Positions 30,220 to 39,855 of a DNA stretch of 57,641 nucleotides are shown piece after piece. Each line of letters opens with the position of its first letter. Position 1 is the first letter of the stretch. Under the pieces are notes generated by a model. That model saw only the letters and a program-made list of their open reading frames with translations. It had not been told where the DNA came from and searched no databases. This DNA comes from Chloroflexota bacterium (GTDB lineage Bacteria > Chloroflexota > Dehalococcoidia > GIF9 > AB-539-J10). A program made the position numbers and the translations under genes. The stretch is taken from NCBI GenBank assembly GCA_034722275.1, contig JAYENW010000028.1, positions 1 to 57,641 of the forward strand, written 5' to 3'.

Positions 30220-32247
30220 ATGAAAAAAGTATTGACCACATGTGAGTTTTGTGGTTGTGGTTGTAATTTCTATTTAGGAGTAGAAGAAGGCAAAGTAATA
30301 TCTGTATATCCCAGCGTTTCTCATCCTGTAAGTCAAGGTAAATTGTGTATCAAGGGATGGCAAGGACATGAATACATTCACAGTCCTGAAAGAGTAAAAA
30401 CTCCTTTGATCAAAGAAGGTAGAAAGTTCAGAGAGGCTTCGTGGAATGAAGCTTATCAGCTAATCACCAATAAATTTAATCAAATTAGAACGCGATATGG
30501 CAATGATAGCATAGCGGTTCTTTCCTCAGCCAAGTGCACTAATGAAGAAAATTACCTGATGCAGAAATTTGCTCGAGCGTGCTTAGGGACAAATAATGTT
30601 GACCACTGTGCTCGCCTCTGCCATGCCTCTACTGTGATAGGACTTAACACAACGTTTGGCAGCGGAGCTATGACCAACTCTATTGATGAAATTGAAGGCG
30701 CAGATGTAATTTTTATCATTGGGTCTAACACCACTGAGCAGCATCCCTTGATCGGAGATCGAGTGCTGCGAGCAATAAAAAATGGGGCAAAAGTAATAGT
30801 TGCTGACCCTAGAGAAAGCCAGCTGGCGAAACTTTGCTCTCTTTATATGATGCTTGAGCCTGGTAGTGATGTGGCTCTTCTCAATGGCATAATGAATCTT
30901 ATCATCTCGGAAAGGTTAGAGGATAAAGAATTCATAGCAGAAAGAACCGAGGGCTTCGAATCACTAAAAAGGACAGTCGCGGATTACACTCCAGACAAAA
31001 GCTCAGGACTAACCGGTATTCCCGAGGAGAAAATCATCAAAGCAGCGCGAATTTACGCCCAGAGCAAAAAGAGCGTTATCATCTATGCCATGGGTATTAC
31101 CCAGCATACTACTGGTGTTGATAATGTTATGTCATGTGCAAATCTAGCCATGTTAACAGGTAATGTTGGAAAGAAGTTTACGGGAGTAAATCCCCTGCGC
31201 GGACAGAATAATGTCCAAGGTGCCTGTGATATGGGAGCCGTACCTAATATCTTCCCTGGCTACCAAGCAGTAACGGACGAAAAAATCAGAGCTAAATTTG
31301 AGAAAGCCTGGGGAGTTAACCTGCCCACACAGCCAGGGCTCACAATAATAGAAATGCTTAATAGTGCTTTGGAAGGCAATGTGAAGACAATATACATTAT
31401 GGGTGAAAATCCCATGCTTTCTGACCCTGATATTAACCATGTTGAAGAAGCTTTAAAAGCCCTGGATTTCCTGGTCGTGCAGGATATTTTTCTGACCGAA
31501 ACAGCATCCTTAGCGGACGTTGTTCTCCCCGGAGTTTCCTTTGCAGAAAAGGATGGCACCTTCACCTCTACTGAAAGAAGGATACAGCGCGTTAGAAAAG
31601 CTATTGAACCCCTGGGGGCCAGTAAGCCCGATTGGCAGGTAATAGATGAGTTATCATCTCTCCTAGGATATCCCATGAGCTATGATACTCCCGCAGAAAT
31701 AATGGACGAGATAGCCAGGCTAACACCCATATACGGCGGAGTCAATTATCGAAGACTGGTGGAAGAAGGACTTCAATGGCCATGCCCCACTTTAGATCAC
31801 CCAGGCACTCCTTACCTTCATAAAGGCTCGTTCTCCCGTGGATTGGGAAAATTCTGCCCTGCGAACTATAGGCTGCCGGCAGAACTCCCTGATGATGCTT
31901 ACCCGTTTGTTCTTACTACTGGGAGGGTGGGCTTCCATTATCACACTGGAACGATGACCCGCAAAGATTGGGCATTGGATCGAGAATATCCTAGTAGCTA
32001 TGTAGAAATTAACTCTCAGGATGCTAAGGAATTGGGGATAAGAAACAGGCAAGTGGCAAAGGTGATTTCGAGGAGAGGAGAAATCAGCCTCTCTGCTAAA
32101 CTAGTTGATACTATTAAGAAGGGAGTGGTTTTTATTCCCTTCCACTTTGCTGAGGCAGCCGCCAACAAACTTACTGCAGCGAATCTTGACCCAGTTGCTA
32201 AAATTCCAGAATACAAAGTCTGCGCTGTGAGATTAGAAAGAGGGTAA
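30220..32247 (+). CDS. fdhA: Formate dehydrogenase alpha subunit (Mo/W-bisPGD, Cys-type, cytoplasmic)
   Basis: CEFCGCGC...LCIKG [4Fe-4S], DHCARLCHAST active site, LRGQNNVQG and IPEYKVCAV; no Tat signal; ATG 30220 follows GGGGG. Confidence 0.94.
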   Translation: MKKVLTTCEFCGCGCNFYLGVEEGKVISVYPSVSHPVSQGKLCIKGWQGHEYIHSPERVKTPLIKEGRKFREASWNEAYQLITNKFNQIRTRYGNDSIAVLSSAKCTNEENYLMQKFARACLGTNNVDHCARLCHASTVIGLNTTFGSGAMTNSIDEIEGADVIFIIGSNTTEQHPLIGDRVLRAIKNGAKVIVADPRESQLAKLCSLYMMLEPGSDVALLNGIMNLIISERLEDKEFIAERTEGFESLKRTVADYTPDKSSGLTGIPEEKIIKAARIYAQSKKSVIIYAMGITQHTTGVDNVMSCANLAMLTGNVGKKFTGVNPLRGQNNVQGACDMGAVPNIFPGYQAVTDEKIRAKFEKAWGVNLPTQPGLTIIEMLNSALEGNVKTIYIMGENPMLSDPDINHVEEALKALDFLVVQDIFLTETASLADVVLPGVSFAEKDGTFTSTERRIQRVRKAIEPLGASKPDWQVIDELSSLLGYPMSYDTPAEIMDEIARLTPIYGGVNYRRLVEEGLQWPCPTLDHPGTPYLHKGSFSRGLGKFCPANYRLPAELPDDAYPFVLTTGRVGFHYHTGTMTRKDWALDREYPSSYVEINSQDAKELGIRNRQVAKVISRRGEISLSAKLVDTIKKGVVFIPFHFAEAAANKLTAANLDPVAKIPEYKVCAVRLERG

Positions 32248-32252
32248 GAGGT

Positions 32253-33263
32253 ATGAAAATACTAGATAAAACAAAACTCAGCCAATTTCTGGAGGGGCTG
32301 GGTCGTGAGTTTCAAGTTATTGCACCTTTGCACGAAGGTAAAGACATATTATTCGGTGAATTTAACGCCTCGAAATTAGCGAGTGATTACATTGGGAAAA
32401 CTCGGCTCTCTCCAAAGGAATACCTTTTCCCGCAAAAGGAGAAACTATTTACCTTTGAAGAGAATAAGGCAATAGAAATTAAAGCTCATTTGGATGAGAC
32501 AAAGCGAGTGATTTGGGGCATCAGGCCTTGTGATCTCTCTGGAATTAAGATTCTGAGTGAGGTTTACCTATCAGATTATATTGATCCTTACTATCAAGCG
32601 CGCAAAGCAAATATTCTTCTTTTAGGTCTCAACTGCAACGAGGCAGAACAATCTTGCTTCTGCAGCTCTCTAGGAATAGGACCATTTGCCCAAGAAGGTT
32701 TTGACCTTCTCTTTACCGATTTAGGAGATACTTTCTTAGTAGAAATCGGGAGCAAGGCAGGAGAAAATCTAATTGAGCAAGCGGCCAATCTTTTCACCAA
32801 TGCTGTGAGTAAGGATGAAGAGCAAGCTAGGCTGCTGGAGGAGAAGAGCAAGAAAACCTTCAGGACATCGATAGATTTGGAAAAAACAAAAGCTAAAATA
32901 GCGACTGCTTTGGATAACCACGTTTGGGACGAAGAAGCCGGTAAATGCATCCTCTGCGGGGGATGTAATTGGGTTTGCCCCACCTGTCACTGCTTCAATG
33001 TTGAAGATATAAATGCAGAGCACAAAACCCAGAGAGTAAGATATTGGGATAGCTGTCAACTTGGTGGCTTCACTCAAATGGCTGCCTATAATAGCAGGGT
33101 AACTCAAGCCGAGAGGTTGCGCCAGAGGATTTATCATAAGTTCTCTTACAATCCTGATAGATATAAAGGACAGATAGGATGTACTGGCTGTGGAAGATGC
33201 ATTGATGTTTGTCCCGCCGGAATTGATATAACTTACATTCTAGGGAGGGTGGCAAATGAATAA
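32253..33263 (+). CDS. AsrA/sulfhydrogenase-beta-like 4Fe-4S protein
   Basis: SPKEYLFP, GIRPCD, CFC, CILCGGCNWVCPTCHC, WDSC and CTGCGRCIDVCP. Confidence 0.88.
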   Translation: MKILDKTKLSQFLEGLGREFQVIAPLHEGKDILFGEFNASKLASDYIGKTRLSPKEYLFPQKEKLFTFEENKAIEIKAHLDETKRVIWGIRPCDLSGIKILSEVYLSDYIDPYYQARKANILLLGLNCNEAEQSCFCSSLGIGPFAQEGFDLLFTDLGDTFLVEIGSKAGENLIEQAANLFTNAVSKDEEQARLLEEKSKKTFRTSIDLEKTKAKIATALDNHVWDEEAGKCILCGGCNWVCPTCHCFNVEDINAEHKTQRVRYWDSCQLGGFTQMAAYNSRVTQAERLRQRIYHKFSYNPDRYKGQIGCTGCGRCIDVCPAGIDITYILGRVANE

Positions 33264-34086
33264 AAATATCTATGCTCCTGATTTGGCAGTAATTAATAAG
33301 GTCAGAGATGAAGCCGAAGGAATAAAAACATTCACCCTGGAGTTTGAAGATGGCAAACTTAAAGAATCCTTTGATTATTGCCCAGGACAATTCATAGAAC
33401 TCACGATAGTTGGTGTGGGAGAAGCTCCCATTTCTATTACATCGTCACCAGTAAATAAGGGCTACCTAGAGTTGAGTGTCGCTGCGGTGGGTAAGCTCAC
33501 TAGAGCATTACATCTCAAGAAAGCAGGAGAATTCGTTGGACTCAGAGGGCCTTATGGTAATGGCTTTGCTTTTGAGAAGATAAAAGGTAAGAGTGTTTTA
33601 TTTGTGGGTGGTGGCATAGGACTTGCTCCTCTTCGTTCTCTTATCAACCAGCTCTTTGCCTATAGAGATAATTTTGGCAAGATAGATATACTTTATGGAG
33701 CAAGGACACCAGGGTTGCTTTGTTTTATGGATGACATCGAAAAATGGGGGAAGCTGAAAAATAGTGAAGTTCTACTTAGTGTTGATGTCCCCGATGATAA
33801 GTGGCAGGATAACGTAGGAGTAGTAGGCTCATTATTACCCAAAATCGAGCTTGCTATAGAAAACACTGTAGCCTTTGTTTGTGGCCCTCCCATCATGATT
33901 CATTTTGTTATTCTAGATCTTCTCAAAATGGGGTTTGGGGAAGAGCAGATTATTACCACTATGGAAAGAAGGATGGAATGTGGTTTGGGGAAGTGTGGCC
34001 ACTGCAATATTGGGAAGAGTTATGTGTGCTTGGACGGGCCAGTCTTTTCTTATCAACAGTTAAAAGAGTTGGGAGAAAATATCTGA
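33256..34086 (+). CDS. AsrB/sulfhydrogenase-gamma-like FAD/NAD(P)-binding [2Fe-2S] protein
   Basis: PGQF, GEAPISI, LRGPYGNGF, GGGIGLAPLR, CGPPIM and ERRMECGLGKCGHC...CLDGPVF. Confidence 0.9.
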   Translation: MNKNIYAPDLAVINKVRDEAEGIKTFTLEFEDGKLKESFDYCPGQFIELTIVGVGEAPISITSSPVNKGYLELSVAAVGKLTRALHLKKAGEFVGLRGPYGNGFAFEKIKGKSVLFVGGGIGLAPLRSLINQLFAYRDNFGKIDILYGARTPGLLCFMDDIEKWGKLKNSEVLLSVDVPDDKWQDNVGVVGSLLPKIELAIENTVAFVCGPPIMIHFVILDLLKMGFGEEQIITTMERRMECGLGKCGHCNIGKSYVCLDGPVFSYQQLKELGENI

Positions 34087-34393
34087 TCTGCCTGGCTTTA
34101 TTTACCCCACGTCACTCTACTTATTAAGTAGTGTTTTGAGATAAAGCTTGCCGGAGTTTGCTAAGCTCTTATCCAGAAATGCCCTCTCATAACTCTTGGT
34201 GTATATTCTTAGGGATGATATTATTGGTCAAAGGTAAGGTTTTGATATTGCTAAGAGCAGCAGTTGTAGTTTTTTCCGCTCAGTGCTATGGTGATGAGTA
34301 TTAGGTGGAGTGTAGAAAAACCAGGACATGGTTATAGATACCAAAAGAGAAGTAAAATACCCCAAATTATAAACTGTAACAAAGGAAATTCGA

Positions 34394-34753
34394 GTGATTT
34401 CTGTTGGTGTTGATATGGTAGAGATAGAGCGCGTTGAATCAGCGGTTAAGCGATGGCGAGGACGCTTTTTGAATCGAATTTATACTGAAGCGGAACTCAA
34501 AATATGTGGGAATAGCATTTCATCTTTGGCTACTCGCTTTGCTGCCAAGGAAGCAATGATGAAAGTATTAGGCACTGGAGCTAAAGGTGTCAATTGGCAA
34601 GAGATTGAAATCTTAGCTGATGATGCCGACAAGCCAATTATCAACCTCTATGGCAAAGCTGCAAACAAAGCTCACGACCTAAATCTAAGTGAATTTTCTG
34701 TAAGCCTTTGTGACACTAGGCAGTACGCCATTGCCACAGCTATAGGTGCATAG
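34394..34753 (+). CDS. acpS: Holo-ACP synthase
   Basis: VGVDMVEIER, FLNRIYT..E, RFAAKEA and WQEIEI. Confidence 0.92.
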   Translation: MISVGVDMVEIERVESAVKRWRGRFLNRIYTEAELKICGNSISSLATRFAAKEAMMKVLGTGAKGVNWQEIEILADDADKPIINLYGKAANKAHDLNLSEFSVSLCDTRQYAIATAIGA

Positions 34754-34789
34754 CCAGCAAAGGTTTTCCTTGCTATAATTGGCAATAAT

Positions 34790-36310
34790 ATGCTAGCCAA
34801 GGTGACAAGCTGTGCTGTTGTTGGGTTGGAAGGGGCTATAGTGGAGGTGGAAGTGGATATCTCGCCAGGTTTGCCTTCTTTCACTATCGTGGGTTTGCCT
34901 GATAAAGCAGTGCAAGAGGCCAGGGAGCGCGTCAGGTCAGCTATAAGAAACTCCAGTTATAAATTCCCCAACAGACGCATCACTGTTAATTTAGCACCAG
35001 CAGACCTGAAAAAAGAGGGCCCGGCTTATGACTTACCTATAGCCATAGGCATTTTAGTCAGTTCAGAGCAGTTACATGCCAATTTCTCGGGTAGTATCTT
35101 CCTTGGGGAGCTTTCTCTGGATGGCAAGTTGCGTCATACACACGGTATGCTGCCCATGGTATCTTTAGCAAAAGATAAGGGCATGTCTGCGGTATTTGTA
35201 CCTTGGGACGATGCCAAAGAGGCGTCTTTGATAGATGGTATACGCATATTCCCTGTAGAATCGTTAGCTCAATTGGTTGCTCATCTTGAAGGTGAAATAG
35301 GCATTCCAGAGTATCATGGTGATATAGACTGGCAGCAAGAAGTTCATCCTGATTACCTTTTTGAACTTGCTTATATCAAAGGTCAGGAACATGCTAAAAG
35401 AGCTTTGGAGATAGCAGCGGCGGGAAGGCACAACATCCTCATGATAGGACCGCCAGGGAGTGGTAAGACCATGCTAGCCCGCTCTTTACCAGCGGTACTT
35501 TCTCCTTTAACTATGGAGGAGGCTATCGAGGTAACCAAAATTTATAGCGTTAGCGGACTTCTGCCTCAAGACACTCCTCTCATTGTAGAGCGTCCTTTCC
35601 GCTCTCCGCACTATACTATCTCTCATGCTGGCTTGGTAGGAGGTGGGCAATGGCCGCGGCCTGGAGAGATAAGTTTGAGCCATCGCGGGGTGCTTTTCCT
35701 AGATGAGTTCCCTGAGTTTGCACATACTGCGCTGGAGTCATTGCGCCAGCCGATGGAAGACAGAACAGTCACTATCAGCCGTGTTCATGGCAGTGTGACT
35801 TTTCCTGCTGATTTCATGCTGGTAGCAGCTATGAATCCTTGTCCTTGTGGCTATTATGGTGACCCTTTCAAGGAATGCAAATGTTCTGTGGGAGAGATTT
35901 CTCGCTACCATAAAAGACTGAGTGGGCCATTACTAGATCGCATAGATATCTTTGTTGATGTTCCCCACGTTGATTATGAGAAGCTCACTGAAGATAAAAC
36001 AGGGGAAATATCTGAAAAGATAAGAGCCAGAGTTCAAACAGTTCAGAAAATACAGCTAGAGCGCTTTAAAGAGACGAAACTGACTTGTAATGCTGCTATG
36101 ACACCTAAAGAGATAAAAGAATTTTGTGACTTAGAAGCAACAGCACAAAGTTTGCTCCGCACTGCCATGAAACAACTTCACCTCACCGCCCGTGCTTTCC
36201 ATCGTGTTCTTAAACTTTCCCGTACTATTGCTGACCTTGACGGTAGTGAAGTTATAAAAGCTTATCATGTAGCTGAGGCTTTACAGTATCGCCATAAAGA
36301 GATTATCTGA
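34790..36310 (+). CDS. comM: YifB/ComM Mg-chelatase-like AAA+ ATPase
   Basis: VGLPDKAVQEARERV, NLAPADLKKEG, GPPGSGKTM, RPFRSPH, LFLDE, NPCPCGY and SGPLLDRID. Confidence 0.92.
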   Translation: MLAKVTSCAVVGLEGAIVEVEVDISPGLPSFTIVGLPDKAVQEARERVRSAIRNSSYKFPNRRITVNLAPADLKKEGPAYDLPIAIGILVSSEQLHANFSGSIFLGELSLDGKLRHTHGMLPMVSLAKDKGMSAVFVPWDDAKEASLIDGIRIFPVESLAQLVAHLEGEIGIPEYHGDIDWQQEVHPDYLFELAYIKGQEHAKRALEIAAAGRHNILMIGPPGSGKTMLARSLPAVLSPLTMEEAIEVTKIYSVSGLLPQDTPLIVERPFRSPHYTISHAGLVGGGQWPRPGEISLSHRGVLFLDEFPEFAHTALESLRQPMEDRTVTISRVHGSVTFPADFMLVAAMNPCPCGYYGDPFKECKCSVGEISRYHKRLSGPLLDRIDIFVDVPHVDYEKLTEDKTGEISEKIRARVQTVQKIQLERFKETKLTCNAAMTPKEIKEFCDLEATAQSLLRTAMKQLHLTARAFHRVLKLSRTIADLDGSEVIKAYHVAEALQYRHKEII

Positions 36311-36313
36311 ATG

Positions 36314-36574
36314 TCAATACCAGGCTAACCAGAGCACACCACCGGCGATCATTAATAGAACACCAAGAATAAGAGAAATCCTGCCACCTATCTGCCAGGC
36401 GCTTAGCCAGGGCTGCTGTGGTTCATGGGTGATATATTCCTTAATATCTTTTCGAGTCAGGATGGAATCATAATACTTTTTCCTTTCTCGTCTGTTAAAG
36501 AATATCGAGGCGATACCAAAAAAGGTAAAAAAAACTCCTAGCCATAAGATAGCCTGACAGCTAGCAAGTGTCAT
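36314..36574 (-). CDS. Small two-TM hypothetical membrane protein
   Basis: Two hydrophobic helices around a charged loop; starts 1 nt after the rplL stop. Confidence 0.7.
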   Translation of the reverse strand: MTLASCQAILWLGVFFTFFGIASIFFNRRERKKYYDSILTRKDIKEYITHEPQQPWLSAWQIGGRISLILGVLLMIAGGVLWLAWY

Positions 36575-36575
36575 T

Positions 36576-37043
36576 TTAACTAAGCTCTACTGTTGCTCCT
36601 GCAGCTTCTAACTTTTCTTTTACCGTCGCTGCTTCTTCTTTGGTGATACTCTCTTTTAATGTTTGTGGTGCAGATTCTACTAGATCTTTAGCCTGCTTCA
36701 GTCCTAAAGCAGTTAGTTCTCTTACTGCTTTGATAACCTCTATCTTCTTTTCACCCACGCTCTTGAGAATAACATTAAACTCTGTCTTTTCTTCTGCTGC
36801 AGATGCTTCACTTGGCTGACTGGGAGCTGTTGCAGGTGCTGCCGCCATAGCCAATGGAGCAGCGCTAACCCCAAATTCATCCTGTAAAGCTTTGACCAAA
36901 TCAGCCAAATCCACTACCGTCATATCCTTAACGGCAGCAATGATGTCTTCTTTGGTTACCCCTTTACTTTTTTTTGTTTTCTTCGTCTCTGAAGTTTCTT
37001 TTACTCTCACCTTTTCTTTGATTTCTGATTCTTCTGTTGCCAA
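36576..37043 (-). CDS. rplL: 50S ribosomal protein L7/L12 with N-terminal extension
   Basis: [41 protein letters not shown] and LEAAGATVE; TTG start after AAGGAGGT. Confidence 0.95.
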   Translation of the reverse strand: MATEESEIKEKVRVKETSETKKTKKSKGVTKEDIIAAVKDMTVVDLADLVKALQDEFGVSAAPLAMAAAPATAPSQPSEASAAEEKTEFNVILKSVGEKKIEVIKAVRELTALGLKQAKDLVESAPQTLKESITKEEAATVKEKLEAAGATVELS

Positions 37044-37053
37044 AGTTACCTCC

Positions 37054-37578
37054 TTACTTTTCGCTGAGTTTTTGTTTTCTGTTTTCCAGTACAGCTATCA
37101 ATCCTAGCAAAGGAAAATTAAGAACATCGCGCAAACCGATTATAGCGGATTGTAGATAAGTTATCAGCTGCGATATAAGAACTTCCTTAGATGGTAAATT
37201 AGCTAAGCTTATTACTTCTTCTGCTGTAAGTATCTTTTCCCTCAAAAGGCCTCCCTTGATCTTAAGAGATAATTCTTTGCTTTTGATGCACTGGTCTAAA
37301 GCTTTAACCAAGTTAACTATATCACCATAACTGAAAGCTAAGGCTGTGGGGCCATCAATCATATCTAACATATGCTCCCTACCTGCTTTATTGATAGCGA
37401 TACGAGCTAAAGTGTTTTTGATCACGTGATATCCGCTCCCTGTTTCCGTCAAAGCATGGCGCAATGTGTTCATCTGCTTAGCAGTCAACCCTTGATAATT
37501 AGTGGCAATAACGATTTCGCTACGAGACAATTCGTCGGTCAATTTATTGATTATTTCCATCTTCTTTTTCTTTAACAT
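37054..37578 (-). CDS. rplJ: 50S ribosomal protein L10
   Basis: [27 protein letters not shown] and LANLPSKE; ATG 37578 follows AAAGGTG. Confidence 0.93.
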   Translation of the reverse strand: MLKKKKMEIINKLTDELSRSEIVIATNYQGLTAKQMNTLRHALTETGSGYHVIKNTLARIAINKAGREHMLDMIDGPTALAFSYGDIVNLVKALDQCIKSKELSLKIKGGLLREKILTAEEVISLANLPSKEVLISQLITYLQSAIIGLRDVLNFPLLGLIAVLENRKQKLSEK

Positions 37579-37594
37579 CTCAGCATCACCTTTT

Positions 37595-37690
37595 AAATAA
37601 AAATTCCTGTGTGATGACACAGGAACTCACTCTCATGTCTCAGCAGGGGAAATTAAGCCCTCTAGAGCACCTACCGTCATCGACACCTAT
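37595..37690 (-). promoter_or_regulatory. L10 leader (autoregulatory RNA) with attenuator hairpin
   Basis: Minus strand reads GATGACGGTAGGTG...CTTAATTTCCCCTGCTGAG, then hairpin TTCCTGTGT-CATC-ACACAGGAA and TTTTTATTT, upstream of rplJ. Confidence 0.75.
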
Positions 37691-37757
37691 TTATTTTAAA
37701 TCTATACTCTATTAAAGTTAAACTTTAAATTGCTCCTTTTAAGTTTCAACAAAAGTG

Positions 37758-38468
37758 TTATCCAGCTAAAGCTAATGCAGAGCCCAAATCTAATTTAAAT
37801 CCGGGACCCATGCTGGAAGATAGAGATACACTTTTGATATATTGTCCTTTAGCTCCGCTTGGTTTTGCTTTAACGATAGCTTCAATTACAGTTGTTAAAT
37901 TTTCCAAGAGCTTATTTTCATCGAAACTGAGCTTACCAATAGGTAGATGGATAATGCCGGTTCTATCCAAGCGGAATTCAACTCTGCCCTTACGCGCCTC
38001 GTTTATAGCTCGAGGCAGGTCTTGTGGCATCACTACTGTGCCAGATTTGGGGTTGGGCATCAATCCTCGCCGTCCTAAGATGCGCCCCAGCTTAGCTACC
38101 TTCGGCATTATATCGGGAGTGGCTAAAGCTATATCAAAATCTAACCACCCACCCTCAATTTGTTTAGCAAGTTCATCTGCTCCAACATGGTCAGCGCCTG
38201 CCTCTTGAGCGACTTTTGCTGGTTCACCTTGGGTGAAGACAAGTATTTTTGTCTTTTTGCCTAGACCATGAGGCAATGTAACTACACCCCTAACTTGCTG
38301 GTCAGCGCTGCGTGGGTCAACTCCCATCCTCAAATGGAGCTCAATACTCTCGTCAAATTTGGCATAAGCTGCCTCTTTAATTAACTCGATAGCTTCCTGG
38401 GCTGAATAGGTTTTTACCTTATCCCTGAGCTTGACAGCCTCTTGGTACTTCTTTCCATATTGAGACAT
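37758..38468 (-). CDS. rplA: 50S ribosomal protein L1
   Basis: [35 protein letters not shown] and SSSMGPG. Confidence 0.97.
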   Translation of the reverse strand: MSQYGKKYQEAVKLRDKVKTYSAQEAIELIKEAAYAKFDESIELHLRMGVDPRSADQQVRGVVTLPHGLGKKTKILVFTQGEPAKVAQEAGADHVGADELAKQIEGGWLDFDIALATPDIMPKVAKLGRILGRRGLMPNPKSGTVVMPQDLPRAINEARKGRVEFRLDRTGIIHLPIGKLSFDENKLLENLTTVIEAIVKAKPSGAKGQYIKSVSLSSSMGPGFKLDLGSALALAG

Positions 38469-38891
38469 TTATTCTATTTCTACTCCCATGCTGCGAGCAG
38501 TACCCATGACAATCTTTGCTGCTTTCTCTATATCATCGGTGTTTAAATCTGGCATTTTGTTTTGAGCTACCTCATAAATCTTGTCTCTGCTGAGCTTCCC
38601 TATTTTACCAGTTCCAGCATTGCCACTGCCCTTTTCCAGTTTCAGAGCGTGCTTCAATAAATTGGAAACTGGTGGCTTCTTGGTCACCAGGCTAAAGGTG
38701 CGATCCATATATATTGTTATCTCAACAGGAATGATGAACCCCTCTTGAGAAGCTGTTCTTTCATTATATTCTTTACAAAAAGCCATAATATTCACACCAT
38801 GCTGCCCTAGGGCAGGTCCCACGGGTGGTGCTGGCGTGGCCTTACCTGCCGGTATCTGCAATTTAACTAGTGCCTGAACTTTCTTTGCCAT
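38469..38891 (-). CDS. rplK: 50S ribosomal protein L11
   Basis: [23 protein letters not shown] and GTARSMG. Confidence 0.98.
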   Translation of the reverse strand: MAKKVQALVKLQIPAGKATPAPPVGPALGQHGVNIMAFCKEYNERTASQEGFIIPVEITIYMDRTFSLVTKKPPVSNLLKHALKLEKGSGNAGTGKIGKLSRDKIYEVAQNKMPDLNTDDIEKAAKIVMGTARSMGVEIE

Positions 38892-38904
38892 ATCACCAAG
38901 CAGA

Positions 38905-39435
38905 TTATATCTTTTCTACCCCTAAAAGGTCTAATTCCACAGGAGTCTCACGGCCAAAAAGTGAAAGCAATACCTTGACCTTGCCCTTATCCAAGTTGAT
39001 TTGATCCACCTTTCCGATAAAATCAACAAATGGCCCGCTTGTTACGCGCACGCTATCCCCTTCATTGAAAACCACCTTGACTTCTGAAGGAGCCTCTTCC
39101 ATACGTTCCATTATGGTATCCACCTCTTCCTTAGCCATAGGAAGTGGCTTGACGCCAGCACTTACAAATCCAATAACACTGGAAGTATTACGTACTATGT
39201 TATAGCTGTGTTCGTCTAAGTCCATATTAACCATAATATAGCCAGGGAAAGCCTTTTTATTTAAAGTGCGGCGTTTTCCTCCCTTGACTTCAATTTCCTT
39301 GGTCGTTGGCACTACTACCTGGAATATTTTGTCAGTAGCATCCATGTACTTGATACGCTGGTCCAAGTTCCTCCGGGCTTGCTCTTCTCGTCCCGAAGAG
39401 ACATATAATAAGTACCACTCCCCTTGAAATGTCAT
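38905..39435 (-). CDS. nusG: Transcription factor NusG
   Basis: WY...SGRE, FPGY, KOW motif [11 protein letters not shown] and FGRETPVEL. Confidence 0.96.
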   Translation of the reverse strand: MTFQGEWYLLYVSSGREEQARRNLDQRIKYMDATDKIFQVVVPTTKEIEVKGGKRRTLNKKAFPGYIMVNMDLDEHSYNIVRNTSSVIGFVSAGVKPLPMAKEEVDTIMERMEEAPSEVKVVFNEGDSVRVTSGPFVDFIGKVDQINLDKGKVKVLLSLFGRETPVELDLLGVEKI

Positions 39436-39436
39436 A

Positions 39437-39679
39437 TTAGCCGCCTAGAAATACATTAGTAAAAAGTTTGGTGAAGCCAAAGTCTAAGCCGCCTAAAATA
39501 GCTCCCACGATAATACACACTGCTAGCACTAGCAAACTTAACCTCAAAGCCTCCTGTCTTGTGGGCCAATGCGCCTTCTTTAATTCTCCTATTGCGTCAC
39601 TGAGAAAGCGGAATTTCGGCTTCTTAGCTTTTTTGGTAGCTAATTTGATATCTCTGGTTTTTCGAGAATGGCTGGCCAT
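39437..39679 (-). CDS. secE: Preprotein translocase subunit SecE
   Basis: ELKKAHWPTRQE plus a single TM helix; lies between rpmG and nusG. Confidence 0.93.
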   Translation of the reverse strand: MASHSRKTRDIKLATKKAKKPKFRFLSDAIGELKKAHWPTRQEALRLSLLVLAVCIIVGAILGGLDFGFTKLFTNVFLGG

Positions 39680-39682
39680 AAG

Positions 39683-39853
39683 CTATTTTGTCTCTCGATG
39701 CAGGGTATGAACACGACAACGGGGACAATACTTTTTCAATTCTATTCGCTGGGCATCACTTTTTCTGTTCTTCGTCGTCGTGTACGTTCTTTCCTTGCAC
39801 TGGCTGCAGGCCAATTGGATAATTACACGGGACTCGCCTCTTTTTTTAGCCAT
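39683..39853 (-). CDS. rpmG: 50S ribosomal protein L33, Zn-ribbon form (absent from the ORF track)
   Basis: [56 protein letters not shown]; two CxxC motifs. Confidence 0.95.
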   Translation of the reverse strand: MAKKRGESRVIIQLACSQCKERTYTTTKNRKSDAQRIELKKYCPRCRVHTLHRETK

Positions 39854-39855
39854 AC

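Noticed and set aside
30601-30630. Possible selenocysteine in FdhA
   Set aside because: The active-site codon is TGC (CARLCH) and the ORF has no in-frame TGA.
34087-34393. 300-bp gap after the AsrB-like gene as a gene remnant or ncRNA
   Set aside because: No recognisable reading frame, repeat or stable structure.
39679-39683. No tRNA-Trp between rpmG and secE
   Set aside because: The gap is only 3 nt, so the tRNA is absent here, but its position varies among bacteria and this is not informative alone.
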